Positions 15,683 through 24,000 of a DNA stretch of 24,000 bases are shown piece after piece. The DNA lies in contig CAWIQZ010000017.1 in assembly GCA_963838465.1 (NCBI GenBank), positions 646,611 through 670,610 on the forward strand, given 5' to 3'. The first letter of the stretch is position 1; every line of letters starts with the position of its first letter. The position numbers were made by a program, and so were the translations under genes. The DNA is from an uncultured Bacillaceae bacterium (GTDB taxonomy: Bacteria > Bacillota > Bacilli > Bacillales > Bacillaceae_D). Below the pieces are notes generated by a model. That model saw nothing but the letters and a program-made list of their open reading frames with translations. It did not search any database and had not been told where the DNA came from.

Positions 15683-15717
15683 ATTTAAAGAAATAACCTA
15701 ACCACCATGATAATTTC

Positions 15718-16611
15718 CTATTCGTTTTTTCCTGTGATGAATGATAGTTGTTTATTTACAATAGACACATTTGCAGGTGTATTGGAATAGATTTCACCAT
15801 CCATATCAACATCCAATGGTCTATCTGTTTCTAAATGGAAAACAGTGGTGCGGATAAGGTCAATTCCTTCTGTCTCTTTTGTCCAATCATCAGAAAAAGC
15901 TTTATTATACATATTCTTAAAAAGATTAAGACCAGATTCGCGAATGAGATAAATTTCAAGTAACCCATCATCCAATTTTGTTTCATCGAGATGTAAATTA
16001 GATGTTCCAAGAAAGTAACCGTTCATTGCTAAAATCATGACGGCTTCTCCTTCAAAATGATCTTTATCGGTTTTTAACGAAAAGGAGAATGGGGTTGCCT
16101 TCTTTAATGATTGTAATGCGCTTATAAAATAACTGAATTTCCCGATCGAGTTTTTTAGATTGCTGTCAGTTCCTTCAGATGCTTCCGTAATTAACCCGAC
16201 TCCGAAGAAATTAGAGAAGTATCGATCATTTGCTTTACCGATATCTATGCTTTGGAGTGTACCTGTTGTTATTAATTTAGCAGCTTCACTACTCGTTTGA
16301 GTAATAGCCAAAGAACGTGAGAAATCGTTACAAGTTCCTGTTGGAATTATACTAACAACGGGTGGATTTTTCACTTCCATTAAGCCATTTATACATTCGT
16401 GGACAGTACCGTCACCACCCACAATGATTAGTAAGTCAAATTCACCTGCTCGCCATCGACAATACCTTTCTGGATCACCTTTTTCTTTTGATTGCAACAA
16501 GGTTAATTCATTAATATTTGGAGCAATTATTTCTACAATTTCACCTAAATAACTTAATATATCAGCTTTGCCAGCATTACCGTTATAAATAAGCAGTGCT
16601 TTGTTATACAA
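15718..16611 (-). CDS. Diacylglycerol-kinase-family lipid kinase (YegS/BmrU type)
   Basis: 297 aa. NGNAGK near the N-terminus, GGDGTVHECINGL, and IIPTGTCNDFSRSL, which is the DAGK catalytic-domain signature. TTG start. Confidence 0.9.
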   Translation of the reverse strand: MYNKALLIYNGNAGKADILSYLGEIVEIIAPNINELTLLQSKEKGDPERYCRWRAGEFDLLIIVGGDGTVHECINGLMEVKNPPVVSIIPTGTCNDFSRSLAITQTSSEAAKLITTGTLQSIDIGKANDRYFSNFFGVGLITEASEGTDSNLKNSIGKFSYFISALQSLKKATPFSFSLKTDKDHFEGEAVMILAMNGYFLGTSNLHLDETKLDDGLLEIYLIRESGLNLFKNMYNKAFSDDWTKETEGIDLIRTTVFHLETDRPLDVDMDGEIYSNTPANVSIVNKQLSFITGKNE

Positions 16612-16748
16612 GGTGGACCATTCCTTTCCTATAGGTTAACTATTTTTTCATGTACTTATAAGTGGAGTGTAAAGATTAATGCTTCTATTCCCGTAATAGC
16701 TGCATTTGACACGAAAAACGAGAAAGATTTTGAAAGAATGTTTAGAAA

Positions 16749-16788
16749 GAAAAAACGTCCGCATGTGAAGATACACATACAGACGTTT
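16749..16788 (-). terminator. Rho-independent terminator downstream of the nitrate transporter gene
   Basis: On the minus strand, ACGTCTGTATGTG ... CACATGCGGACGT is followed by TTTTTT (plus-strand A-run 16749-16755). Confidence 0.55.
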
Positions 16789-16821
16789 CTGGCATTTTTT
16801 GGAGAACCTAATTTGATGAAC

Positions 16822-18027
16822 TTATATTTTTACGGATTCACCTGAAACCTTCCAGGATTGCCGCCATGAAGCCTGAATGACTAACAAAAGAACGAATGCA
16901 GCAATTGCGATAAGAGAGAAGACGATAAAACCGCTCGCATAAGTACCTGTTACTTCCTTTAGACTTCCAAGAATATTTGGTAGGAAAAAGCCACCTAAGC
17001 CACCAGCAGCACCGACGATACCTGTCACCATCCCAATCTCTTTTTGGAATCTTTGAGGTACAAGCTGGAACACGGCACCGTTACCCATTCCGAGACACAT
17101 CATACCAGCAAATAACAAGACAGTGACGAAAGCAAGTGGTGGTAATAAGCTAACACCAAACATACAAATTGCTGCCCCAATAAATAAGAACGAGAGTAAT
17201 TTCACGCCACCAATTCGATCGGCAATATACCCACCCACTGGTCGGAAAAAGCTACCAGCTGCGACACAAATACTAACGAAGTCTCCAGCACGCACATTTG
17301 ATAAGCCATATTGATTAACAAAGAAATAGCTTAAGAAGCTAGCAAGCCCGACAAAACCACCGAAAGTCACTGCATATAATAAGCAAAAGTAAGCTGTATC
17401 TTTTTGCTTAAATACTTTGAAATAATTTGAAAGTGGCTGTGGAGCAGGTTGATTTGGTGCATCTTTTGCAAGAAAAATATACGAGAAGAGAACGAGCGTT
17501 AGAGGAATGAGCGCAAGACCCATAACACCTTGCCAACCGTATATTTCTGCTAACCTCGGACCAAACAATGTCGCAAGAAGCGTTCCACTATTACCTGCTC
17601 CAGCTATCCCCATTGCTAAGCCTTGTAGATGAGGAGGGTACCACCGGCTTGCCATTGGAAGTGCCGCAGAAAAGCTAGCTCCAGCAACCCCTAAAAGAAT
17701 TCCGATTGCATATAATTCAGATATATTTGACGCTCCTAGCCAACCCCAGAAAAGGGGAATCATCGTGACGATCATCCCACCAATCGCTGTTTTCTTTGGA
17801 CCGAAACGATCTGTTAATATACCTACGATGATTCTAAAGAAAGAACCTCCTAAAATAGGTATGGCGACAATCATCCCCACTTGCGCTGGAGAAAGGCCAT
17901 AATCCTGTGTAATATAAACGCCCAAAGCTCCTAGTAAGACCCAGATCATAAAGCTAACATCAAAGTACAGGAATGCTGAGAATAGAGAAGGGGCGTGTCC
18001 GCTTTTCTTTAGTTCTGATAGTTTCAT
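16822..18027 (-). CDS. nasA: MFS nitrate/nitrite transporter (NasA/NarK family)
   Basis: 401 aa. The N-terminus [39 protein letters not shown] and the motifs [11 protein letters not shown] and [10 protein letters not shown] closely resemble B. subtilis NasA as I remember it. Confidence 0.85.
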   Translation of the reverse strand: MKLSELKKSGHAPSLFSAFLYFDVSFMIWVLLGALGVYITQDYGLSPAQVGMIVAIPILGGSFFRIIVGILTDRFGPKKTAIGGMIVTMIPLFWGWLGASNISELYAIGILLGVAGASFSAALPMASRWYPPHLQGLAMGIAGAGNSGTLLATLFGPRLAEIYGWQGVMGLALIPLTLVLFSYIFLAKDAPNQPAPQPLSNYFKVFKQKDTAYFCLLYAVTFGGFVGLASFLSYFFVNQYGLSNVRAGDFVSICVAAGSFFRPVGGYIADRIGGVKLLSFLFIGAAICMFGVSLLPPLAFVTVLLFAGMMCLGMGNGAVFQLVPQRFQKEIGMVTGIVGAAGGLGGFFLPNILGSLKEVTGTYASGFIVFSLIAIAAFVLLLVIQASWRQSWKVSGESVKI

Positions 18028-18182
18028 GTAAACTCCCCCTAGCCAGTAGTTATTCTAATAGCTGAATTATGACATAATTTAAACAGTGCAGATAACAACC
18101 TTGGCAGATAAAGTAACGGAGTTTTTCACAAAGAAATGTAAGAAGTGGTTTGTATAATGAACATGAAGTTTATAGTCAACAT

Positions 18183-18217
18183 AAAAGAAAACGAGACCCC
18201 TTCTGCGAGATCTCGTG
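18183..18217 (-). terminator. Rho-independent terminator downstream of moaC
   Basis: On the minus strand, ACGAGATC ... GGTCTCGT is followed by TTTCTTTT. Confidence 0.5.
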
Positions 18218-18224
18218 CAATGAT

Positions 18225-18713
18225 CTAATGTTTTGTAGCGGTATAGTCACCGTTTTTTCCGCCTGTTTTACTTAGTAACAGTGTATCTTTTATGATCATG
18301 CTTTTATCAACTGCTTTACACATATCATAGAAGGTCAAAGCAGCGACGGAAACCGCTGTTAATGCTTCCATTTCAACTCCAGTATTACCTTTACATGAGA
18401 CCTCTGCTTGGATAATCAGTACATAGCCATCTTCAACTTCTCTGTATTCAAAGTTGAAGTCTACCCCTTGTATTTGAATAGGGTGACACATAGGAATAAG
18501 ATCGGGTGTTTTTTTAGCAGCCATAATGCCAGCAATTTGAGCGACTTGAAGAGGATCACCTTTTTTGATTTGCGCCTTTTCAATCGCATCATATAATTCC
18601 TTTTTTATCAATATCGTACTTTGAGCAACGGCCGTTCTTTTGGAGTCTTCTTTTTTAGAAATATCGACCATTTTCGGCCGGCCTTTTGTATTCCAGTGTG
18701 AAAATTCACTCAT
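18225..18713 (-). CDS. moaC: Cyclic pyranopterin monophosphate synthase MoaC
   Basis: 162 aa. [45 protein letters not shown] are MoaC signatures. Confidence 0.95.
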   Translation of the reverse strand: MSEFSHWNTKGRPKMVDISKKEDSKRTAVAQSTILIKKELYDAIEKAQIKKGDPLQVAQIAGIMAAKKTPDLIPMCHPIQIQGVDFNFEYREVEDGYVLIIQAEVSCKGNTGVEMEALTAVSVAALTFYDMCKAVDKSMIIKDTLLLSKTGGKNGDYTATKH

Positions 18714-19302
18714 TTATGCTATCTCCTTTATCATGTAATTGAATCCAATCTTCTTGATGGTTAATATTGATAAAATCCTTTTGTATACTTGAAAATTGAA
18801 CATATTCCACGTTTACACTTTGTAACAGTGGTTGCATGCTTTTTCGATTATTAGCCAAGATTTCCTGTGCGAAAGGCAAACATCGCCGGTGATAGAGGGA
18901 AAGAAGTGGTTGCTCTCTATCGCCTGTAATCGGAACAATTGCATCACTCGATTGCTTGCCAGTATATGTAATCATCCGCTTAACAAAGGTAGAAGTCACG
19001 AACGGGATGTCGGAAGCTAATACGAAGAACCAGTTATGTTGTTTAATCGATTCCATTGCAAATGAAAGAGCAGATAACGGCCCATTATGTCGTTCTTTCT
19101 CGATCAATAATTCTGCATTCACACTTCGAAAATAGGGAGAGAGTTCCTCGTTTGTCACAATATAAATCGATTGAACGCCGCTGTTTGTTAATGAATGAAT
19201 ACTATGCTCGTAAAAAGGAATACCCTTGTACAGCTCAAACATTTTAGGTCTCCCGTAACGCGAAGACTGACCACCTGCGAGCACGATACCACAAATACTC
19301 AT
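18706..19302 (-). CDS. mobA: Molybdenum cofactor guanylyltransferase MobA
   Basis: 198 aa. The N-terminal [16 protein letters not shown] nucleotide-binding motif. Overlaps moaC and moaB by a few nt, consistent with an operon. Confidence 0.9.
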   Translation of the reverse strand: MSICGIVLAGGQSSRYGRPKMFELYKGIPFYEHSIHSLTNSGVQSIYIVTNEELSPYFRSVNAELLIEKERHNGPLSALSFAMESIKQHNWFFVLASDIPFVTSTFVKRMITYTGKQSSDAIVPITGDREQPLLSLYHRRCLPFAQEILANNRKSMQPLLQSVNVEYVQFSSIQKDFININHQEDWIQLHDKGDSINE

Positions 19303-19793
19303 TTTCTTACCAGTTCCTCGACAAAATGTGGCATAGTCGGCAAAATCAACTTCTCCATGGCAAGCTTAACGGCATTTGTTGAACCTGGCAATGCGTAAAT
19401 AGCAGTATTACCTTTACTTCCCGCAGTTGAGCGACTAAACATCGCTTTAGAACCAATCTCTTCATAACTAAGCATACGGAAGAGTTCGCCGAAACCATCC
19501 ATTTGTTTATCGAATAATTGAGAGACCGCTTCAAAAGTTACATCTCTTGGTGAAAATCCAGTGCCGCCATTAAGAATAATTGCTTGAATCTCTGAATCAT
19601 CTGACCAATTTTTGACCACCTCTTGAATTGAAGCTAATTCGTCCTTAATAATCTTATAGTCAATGATCGTATGAGAGTTTGAACGTAAAAGAGTCTGAAT
19701 TGATTGACCACTTCGGTCATTCTCTGTCGTTCTCGTATCTGATATCGTTAATACTGCAACCTTAACTGATAAAGAATCGCTAAATTTATGCAT
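19299..19793 (-). CDS. moaB: Molybdenum cofactor biosynthesis protein B (MoaB/Mog family)
   Basis: 164 aa. AVLTISDTRT, ILNGGTGFSPRDVT, ALPGSTNAV. Confidence 0.9.
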   Translation of the reverse strand: MHKFSDSLSVKVAVLTISDTRTTENDRSGQSIQTLLRSNSHTIIDYKIIKDELASIQEVVKNWSDDSEIQAIILNGGTGFSPRDVTFEAVSQLFDKQMDGFGELFRMLSYEEIGSKAMFSRSTAGSKGNTAIYALPGSTNAVKLAMEKLILPTMPHFVEELVRK

Positions 19794-19956
19794 CTTATTA
19801 TTTCACCTTCTTTTTTTATGTTAGAATGATGTATTGTATGAGAAATCAACTTTATTGCACTTCATTATAGTAACAGCTTTTCTTAACAAATAACCATATA
19901 TTTTTCGACTAAAAAGTATAACATTTATGGTGCCTTTCTAGATGTTCAAAAAAATG

Positions 19957-20126
19957 AAGGCTTCTGCTATAAGGATTTGGCTATAAGCAAGGTTTTTCTA
20001 AACTTACCAGAAAGTATTAAAATCATGATACCTTTCTGAACGAATAAAAGTCTAAGGCTTTCGCCATTAAGAGCTTGGCGATAAGCCAAGTTTTTCTAAG
20101 ATTTTTTCGACGTCGAATCATGATAC
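19957..20126 (+). repeat. Two imperfect tandem units of about 75 nt (19957-20031 and 20054-20126) in the divergent moaB/moaA intergenic region
   Basis: Both units start AAGGCTT and end ATCATGATAC. Unit 2 contains the hairpin CTTGGC-gataa-GCCAAG plus TTTTT (20074-20095) and the palindrome TTCGACGTCGAA (20105-20116). Confidence 0.5.
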
Positions 20127-20154
20127 AGGACGATAAAACAACTAAGAGGGAGGA

Positions 20155-21177
20155 ATGAGCATGGAAATCAAACCAGTTAGCGATAAATATATGCGTCCAT
20201 TGCAAGATTTGCGTATCTCAATAATGGACAAGTGTAATTTCCGCTGTTCCTATTGCATGCCTGCAGAAGTATTCGGTGAAGATTATGTCTTTATGCGAGA
20301 AGAAGAGTTGCTTTCGTTTGATGAAATTGAAAGGCTAGTCATTCAATTTACAAAATTAGGCGTGAAAAAGCTTCGTCTCACTGGTGGTGAACCGTTATTG
20401 CGCAAAGACGTTCACCTTCTTATCGAACGTTTAGCAGTATTGGATGGTATAGAAGATATTGCCTTGACCACAAACGGTGTCCACCTTGTAAAACAGGCAA
20501 AAGCATTGAAAAAGGCCGGGTTGATGCGTGTTAATATTAGTCTTGATGCGCTTGATACTGACATATTTCAGCAAATGAACGGTAGAAAGGTCAAATCAGA
20601 CATTGTTCTAAAAGGAATGGAGGCAGCAATATCTGCTGGCTTACACGTGAAAGTAAACATGGTTGTGAAAAAAGGAGTGAATGACGGAGAAATTGTCAAG
20701 CTTGCTTCTTATTGTAAGGATCTTGGAATAACGCTTAGGTTTATCGAATTTATGGATGTCGGCCAAACGAATGGCTGGGATTTCTCTCAAGTTGTAACGA
20801 AAAAGGAAATCCTAGAAAAAGTTTCAACGATCGCTCCTCTTGAACCATTAGAAAAAGATTATTTTGGAGAAGTGGCCAAGAGGTATCGCTATAAGGGGAC
20901 AAATATTGAAGTAGGCTTCATCTCGTCCGTTTCTGATACATTTTGTGGTAGCTGTACGAGAGCAAGAGTTTCTGCAGATGGAAAGCTTTATACTTGTTTA
21001 TTTGCTGAATCAGGATATGATTTACGAAGCCTTATTCGTTCGGGAGCATCTAACAAAGAAATTGAGGGGGAAATTGAAAGCATTTGGGCCAATCGAACTG
21101 ACAAATACTCAGAGGAACGTACAGAAGAGACTGTGAAAAATAGGAAGAAAATTGAGATGTCCTATATAGGTGGTTAA
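20155..21177 (+). CDS. moaA: GTP 3',8-cyclase MoaA (radical SAM)
   Basis: [10 protein letters not shown] radical-SAM cluster motif and the C-terminal [20 protein letters not shown] second cluster. The ATG at 20161 has better spacing from the GGGAGG Shine-Dalgarno than 20155 does. Confidence 0.95.
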   Translation: MSMEIKPVSDKYMRPLQDLRISIMDKCNFRCSYCMPAEVFGEDYVFMREEELLSFDEIERLVIQFTKLGVKKLRLTGGEPLLRKDVHLLIERLAVLDGIEDIALTTNGVHLVKQAKALKKAGLMRVNISLDALDTDIFQQMNGRKVKSDIVLKGMEAAISAGLHVKVNMVVKKGVNDGEIVKLASYCKDLGITLRFIEFMDVGQTNGWDFSQVVTKKEILEKVSTIAPLEPLEKDYFGEVAKRYRYKGTNIEVGFISSVSDTFCGSCTRARVSADGKLYTCLFAESGYDLRSLIRSGASNKEIEGEIESIWANRTDKYSEERTEETVKNRKKIEMSYIGG

Positions 21178-21184
21178 AGAGAGC

Positions 21185-21290
21185 GTGACTCAAGAGGGTC
21201 TGACTGCTAGCGATCACATTGTATTTTGTGCTTAATAATGAGCAATTTATAATGTAAACTAGGGGTCAGACCCTTTAAAATGGAGTCAAC
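21185..21290. repeat. Intergenic inverted repeat between moaA and moeA
   Basis: AGGGTCTGAC (21195-21204) is the exact reverse complement of GTCAGACCCT (21265-21274). The outer GACTC (21187-21191) / GAGTC (21283-21287) also pair. Confidence 0.4.
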
Positions 21291-21335
21291 CTCTCTCATG
21301 ATTAATGATGGATTCCTTTTACTATTTATAATGGA

Positions 21336-22634
21336 GTGATGGCAATGGTAGAGAAGAGAAAACCAATACCAGTTGAAGAAGCTGTGAAAAAAGTAATGGA
21401 GTTCGTAAAGAGTCCGAAAAAAGAAATCGTTGCTATTGAAAAAGCATATGGAAGATTTTTAGCAGAGGATTTAATGGCTTCACATGATGTCCCAGCTTTT
21501 GATCGTTCACCTTATGATGGATTTGCGCTTCGTTCAGAAGATACGCAACTTGCTAGTTCTGACAATCCTATTCAGTTTGAAGTAGTTGGTGAAATTGGAG
21601 CTGGCTATGTTTTTGAAGAAGAAGTTAAACCGTTTCAAGTCGTTCGTATTATGACAGGAGCCCCTATTCCGGCAGGTTGCGATGCAGTCGTTATGCTTGA
21701 ATTAACGCAAGAAATTCATACAGGGGAAAAACCAATCATTCAAATTAAACGCTCGTTTAACCATGGAGATAATATTTCCTATCAAGGAGAAGATACGAAA
21801 AAAGGAACAGTGCTAGTTAAAAAAGGAACGCTCATTAACCCTGGTATTGTCGCTCTTCTTGCAACGTTTGGCTATCATGAAGTAAGTGTAGCGAAAAAGC
21901 CAATCATCGGTGTGATAGCCACGGGTAGTGAGCTCCTGAATGTAGATCAACCACTTGAACCAGGAAAAATTCGAAACAGCAATGCCTATATGATTATGGC
22001 TCAGATTGAGCGGGCAGGCGGAGAAGCGAGATACTTTGGTAAGTTTAATGATGACTTTGATGACTGTTATACAGCAACAAAGGAAGCATTGGCTCAGGTT
22101 GATATGCTCATTACCACTGGTGGGGTATCTGTCGGAGATTATGATTATATGCCGGCCATTTTCAAAAAGCTAGGAGCCGATGTCCTCTTTAATAAAGTCG
22201 CTATGAGACCGGGAAGCGTCACAACAGTTGCTACTGTCGATCATACATTACTTTTTGGTTTATCTGGTAATCCATCTGCTTGTTACGTCGGATTTGAATT
22301 GTTTGTTCGTCCGATTTTACGAAATGCTTTATTTAATGAACGCCCTCATTTACGTAAAACAAAGGCAACATTAGGAGTGGATTTCTTAAAACCAAATCCA
22401 TTCATGAGATTAGTACGAGCTAAGCTTACATACGATGAGCAGGAATTAATTGCCGTCCCATCTGGTCTTGATAAATCTGGTGTTGTCAGTTCTTTAGGAG
22501 GAGCGGATGTCCTAATTGTATTGCCAGGTGGAACAAGAGGATATGAAAAAGGAATGTCAATTGATGTGCTATTACTTGAAGACACGCAAGGAAGTGAATG
22601 GCCTTGGAACAATATTGTCCCATCTTACAGGTAG
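21336..22634 (+). CDS. moeA: Molybdopterin molybdenumtransferase MoeA
   Basis: 432 aa with MoeA N-terminal, MoCF-binding (TTGGVSVGDYDY) and C-terminal domains. The true start is probably ATG 21345, 8 nt after GGAG. Confidence 0.95.
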   Translation: MMAMVEKRKPIPVEEAVKKVMEFVKSPKKEIVAIEKAYGRFLAEDLMASHDVPAFDRSPYDGFALRSEDTQLASSDNPIQFEVVGEIGAGYVFEEEVKPFQVVRIMTGAPIPAGCDAVVMLELTQEIHTGEKPIIQIKRSFNHGDNISYQGEDTKKGTVLVKKGTLINPGIVALLATFGYHEVSVAKKPIIGVIATGSELLNVDQPLEPGKIRNSNAYMIMAQIERAGGEARYFGKFNDDFDDCYTATKEALAQVDMLITTGGVSVGDYDYMPAIFKKLGADVLFNKVAMRPGSVTTVATVDHTLLFGLSGNPSACYVGFELFVRPILRNALFNERPHLRKTKATLGVDFLKPNPFMRLVRAKLTYDEQELIAVPSGLDKSGVVSSLGGADVLIVLPGGTRGYEKGMSIDVLLLEDTQGSEWPWNNIVPSYR

Positions 22635-23139
22635 TTGGTTATCAAAATAGCGGTAAAACAACATTAATGGAAAAGTTAATCAAAAAAAGTGCTGATTCAG
22701 GCTTACATATTGCCAGTATAAAGCATCATGGTCATGGTGGGGCATTGAAGAATGAAATAGCGGAAAAAGATAGTGAACGACATCAGAAAGCTGGCTCAGC
22801 GATTACCGCTGTTGAGGGTGGAGGCTCCTTACAAATACAGATAAAAGGATCAATCATGGTCACTTGAAAAGCTATTAAAGTTGTATCAATTTTTTTCTCC
22901 TGATATTATATTTGTAGAAGGGTTTAAAAAAGAGAATTTTCCGAAAGTTATTCTTTTAAGAGGGGAAGAAGATCTTTCGCTATTAAGTGAGGCAAAGAGC
23001 ATTATTTGCGTCATTTCTTGGAAGTCTTTGAAAGGTGTACGAAAAGGAATATCCACTTTTTCACATTCACGATGAAGGAGAATACATAAACTATATTTTA
23101 CAGAAATTGAGTGATGAATATGGAACTGAATTTATTTGA
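22598..23139 (+). pseudogene. mobB: mobB (molybdopterin-guanine dinucleotide biosynthesis adaptor) interrupted by two +1 frameshifts
   Basis: Frame 0 reads LQVVGYQNSGKTT...AVEGGGSLQIQIK. Frame +1 from 22845 reads DQSWSLEKLLKLYQFFSPDIIFVEGFKKENFPKVILL. Frame +2 from 23032 reads KVYEKEYPLFHIHDEGEYINYILQKLSDEYGTEFI*. All three segments are collinear with B. subtilis MobB as I recall it. The shifts sit in A-runs at 22843-22846 and between 23031 and 23045. Confidence 0.85.
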
Positions 23140-23597
23140 AATAAGCGACCAGCCTTTGTCGATGGAAGAAGTGACAGCAAAAGTGAGTCGCAGAGAATGT
23201 GGGGCCATTGCGACGTTTATCGGTACTGTGAGGGAATTAACGCATGGGAAGAAGACATTGAAGCTTGAGTATCAGGCATACAAGCCTATGGCCATCAAAA
23301 TGCTTGAACAAATTGGTCATGAAGTGCAGAAAAAAGTGGCCTGGATCAACCATTGCGATCACTCATAGAATTGGAACACTTGATATATCAGAGATTGCTG
23401 TCATTATCGCCGTGTCAACGCCTCATCGAAAAGCAGCTTATGAAGCAAATGAATATGCGATGGAACGAATCAAACAAATTGTACCGATTTGGAAAAAGGA
23501 ATACTGGGAAGATGGAACAAAGTGGATCGGTGATCAGCTTGAAAAGACGCCTTATCCAGAAGGGAAGCCGGCGATAGGAGGGAATAAAAATGATTAA
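23111..23597 (+). pseudogene. moaE: moaE (molybdopterin synthase catalytic subunit) interrupted by one +1 frameshift
   Basis: Track ORFs 23111..23368 and 23265..23597 join as ...GHEVQKK/WPGSTIAITHRIGTLDISEIAVIIAVSTPHRKAAYEA...PIWKKE if one A is removed from the A6 run at 23330-23335. The likely start is ATG 23114 or 23120. Confidence 0.85.
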
Positions 23598-23823
23598 AAT
23601 CTTATTATTTGCTGAGCTTCAGGAAGAGGCAGGAGTAGATGAGCTTGAGATAGAAAAGGCTGGTATAACCGTTAGTGAAGTAAAAGCGTGGCTTCAAGCC
23701 GAATATTCCTTAACACTTCCATCGAATACAATGATCGCAATTAATGAACATTATGCGGATGAAGAAGCAATCTTAAATGATGGGGATGTCATTGCGTTTA
23801 TTCCACCAGTCAGTGGAGGATAA
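23590..23823 (+). CDS. moaD: Molybdopterin synthase sulfur-carrier subunit MoaD
   Basis: 77 aa with a ubiquitin-like pattern ending in the C-terminal GG. GGAGGG Shine-Dalgarno. Overlaps the moaE end by 8 nt. Confidence 0.9.
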   Translation: MIKILLFAELQEEAGVDELEIEKAGITVSEVKAWLQAEYSLTLPSNTMIAINEHYADEEAILNDGDVIAFIPPVSGG

Positions 23824-24000
23824 TCAAAACTGTTGAAAAGGGTTACTCAATTGTTGAGCAACCCTTTTTCTAATCTTTAATCTAGCAAGAATTCTTTCTG
23901 GATGGGAATAAATATTAAAGGATGAGCCCCTTATAAAACCTACTGCTGTGATATTTAAATCCTCAGCTAATTTAATCGCTAAATCAGTTGGAGCAGACTT
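23824..24000 (-). CDS. fdhD: Formate dehydrogenase accessory sulfurtransferase FdhD, C-terminal 58 codons (gene runs off the right edge)
   Basis: Partial, so not in the ORF track. The reverse complement reads KSAPTDLAIKLAEDLNITAVGFIRGSSFNIYSHPERILARLKIRKRVAQQLSNPFQQF*. The SAPT..A..LA....IT..GF.RG..FN.Y.HPERI block is the conserved FdhD C-terminus. Confidence 0.8.
   Translation of the reverse strand, partial: KSAPTDLAIKLAEDLNITAVGFIRGSSFNIYSHPERILARLKIRKRVAQQLSNPFQQF
23836..23869. terminator. Hairpin between the convergent moaD and fdhD genes (a possible bidirectional terminator)
   Basis: AAAAGGGTTACTCAA / TTGAGCAACCCTTTT with one mismatch, followed by TTC on the plus strand. It lies inside the last codons of the fdhD reading frame. 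Confidence 0.55.

Noticed and set aside
18028-18224. Searched the nasA upstream region for an Fnr/Crp-type TGTGA-N6-TCACA box
   Set aside because: Only TCACA-aagaaa-TGTAA (about 18129-18144) is present. Its half-sites are in the wrong relative order and one is imperfect, so it does not support a call.
17123-19534. Short ORFs 17123..17314, 18408..18596, 18832..19020, 19056..19247, 19195..19398 and 19346..19534
   Set aside because: All lie inside, or antisense to, the well-supported nasA, moaC, mobA and moaB genes.
19794-20154. Possible Moco riboswitch upstream of moaA, and ORF 20023..20205 (-)
   Set aside because: I could not find the conserved Moco-motif features from memory. The region is AT-rich with tandem repeats instead, and these are reported as a separate finding that needs a covariance-model search. 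The minus-strand ORF spans intergenic repeats and the moaA start and is not credible.
20945-23577. Alternative-frame ORFs 20945..21136, 22346..22612 (-) and 23353..23577
   Set aside because: They are embedded in moaA, moeA and moaE respectively. The main frames carry the family signatures.
1-24000. Scan for tRNA, rRNA, CRISPR repeats and transposase or IS terminal repeats
   Set aside because: I recognised no cloverleaf with tRNA signatures, no rRNA-like conserved blocks, no regularly spaced direct repeats and no transposase-like ORF. The only recombinase is the tyrosine integrase.

Overview
This is a low-GC, Bacillaceae-like chromosomal segment with three parts. (1) Left flank, 1-2782: a partial Cof-type HAD hydrolase, a tandem-CBS protein, an acidic lipoprotein, and a 351-aa conserved hypothetical gene. 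(2) Accessory region, about 2783-14180: the last 522 bp of the 351-aa gene recur at 11142-11663, and its last 90 bp recur again at 14091-14180. I read this as two integrative elements stacked at the 3' end of that gene. Island 1 (about 8.4 kb) carries a three-gene operon: a TM2 + TerB-N + TerB-C protein, a DUF2791-type P-loop ATPase, and a DEAD/DEAH helicase. From memory this matches the Shango-type anti-phage architecture, here with a membrane-anchor fusion. Island 1 also carries an SLH-domain secreted protein and a tyrosine integrase. Island 2 (about 2.4 kb) has no integrase and is decayed. It holds an HNH homing-endonuclease pseudogene with three in-frame stops, a small BECR-like putative RNase, a candidate structured small RNA with its own promoter and terminator, and a MazF/PemK-like toxin preceded by an ORF absent from the ORF track. 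(3) Right flank, 14281-24000: a MATE/MOP transporter, a DAG-kinase-family lipid kinase, a NasA/NarK nitrate transporter, the molybdenum cofactor cluster (moaB-mobA-moaC on the minus strand; moaA-moeA-mobB-moaE-moaD on the plus strand) and the 3' end of fdhD. As assembled, mobB and moaE are broken by single-base insertions in A-runs. The helicase also seems to lose its C-terminal tail at a T-run. That shared pattern could be homopolymer sequencing error rather than biology. I saw no rRNA, tRNA or CRISPR array. All domain assignments come from reading motifs by eye and have not been run against any database.
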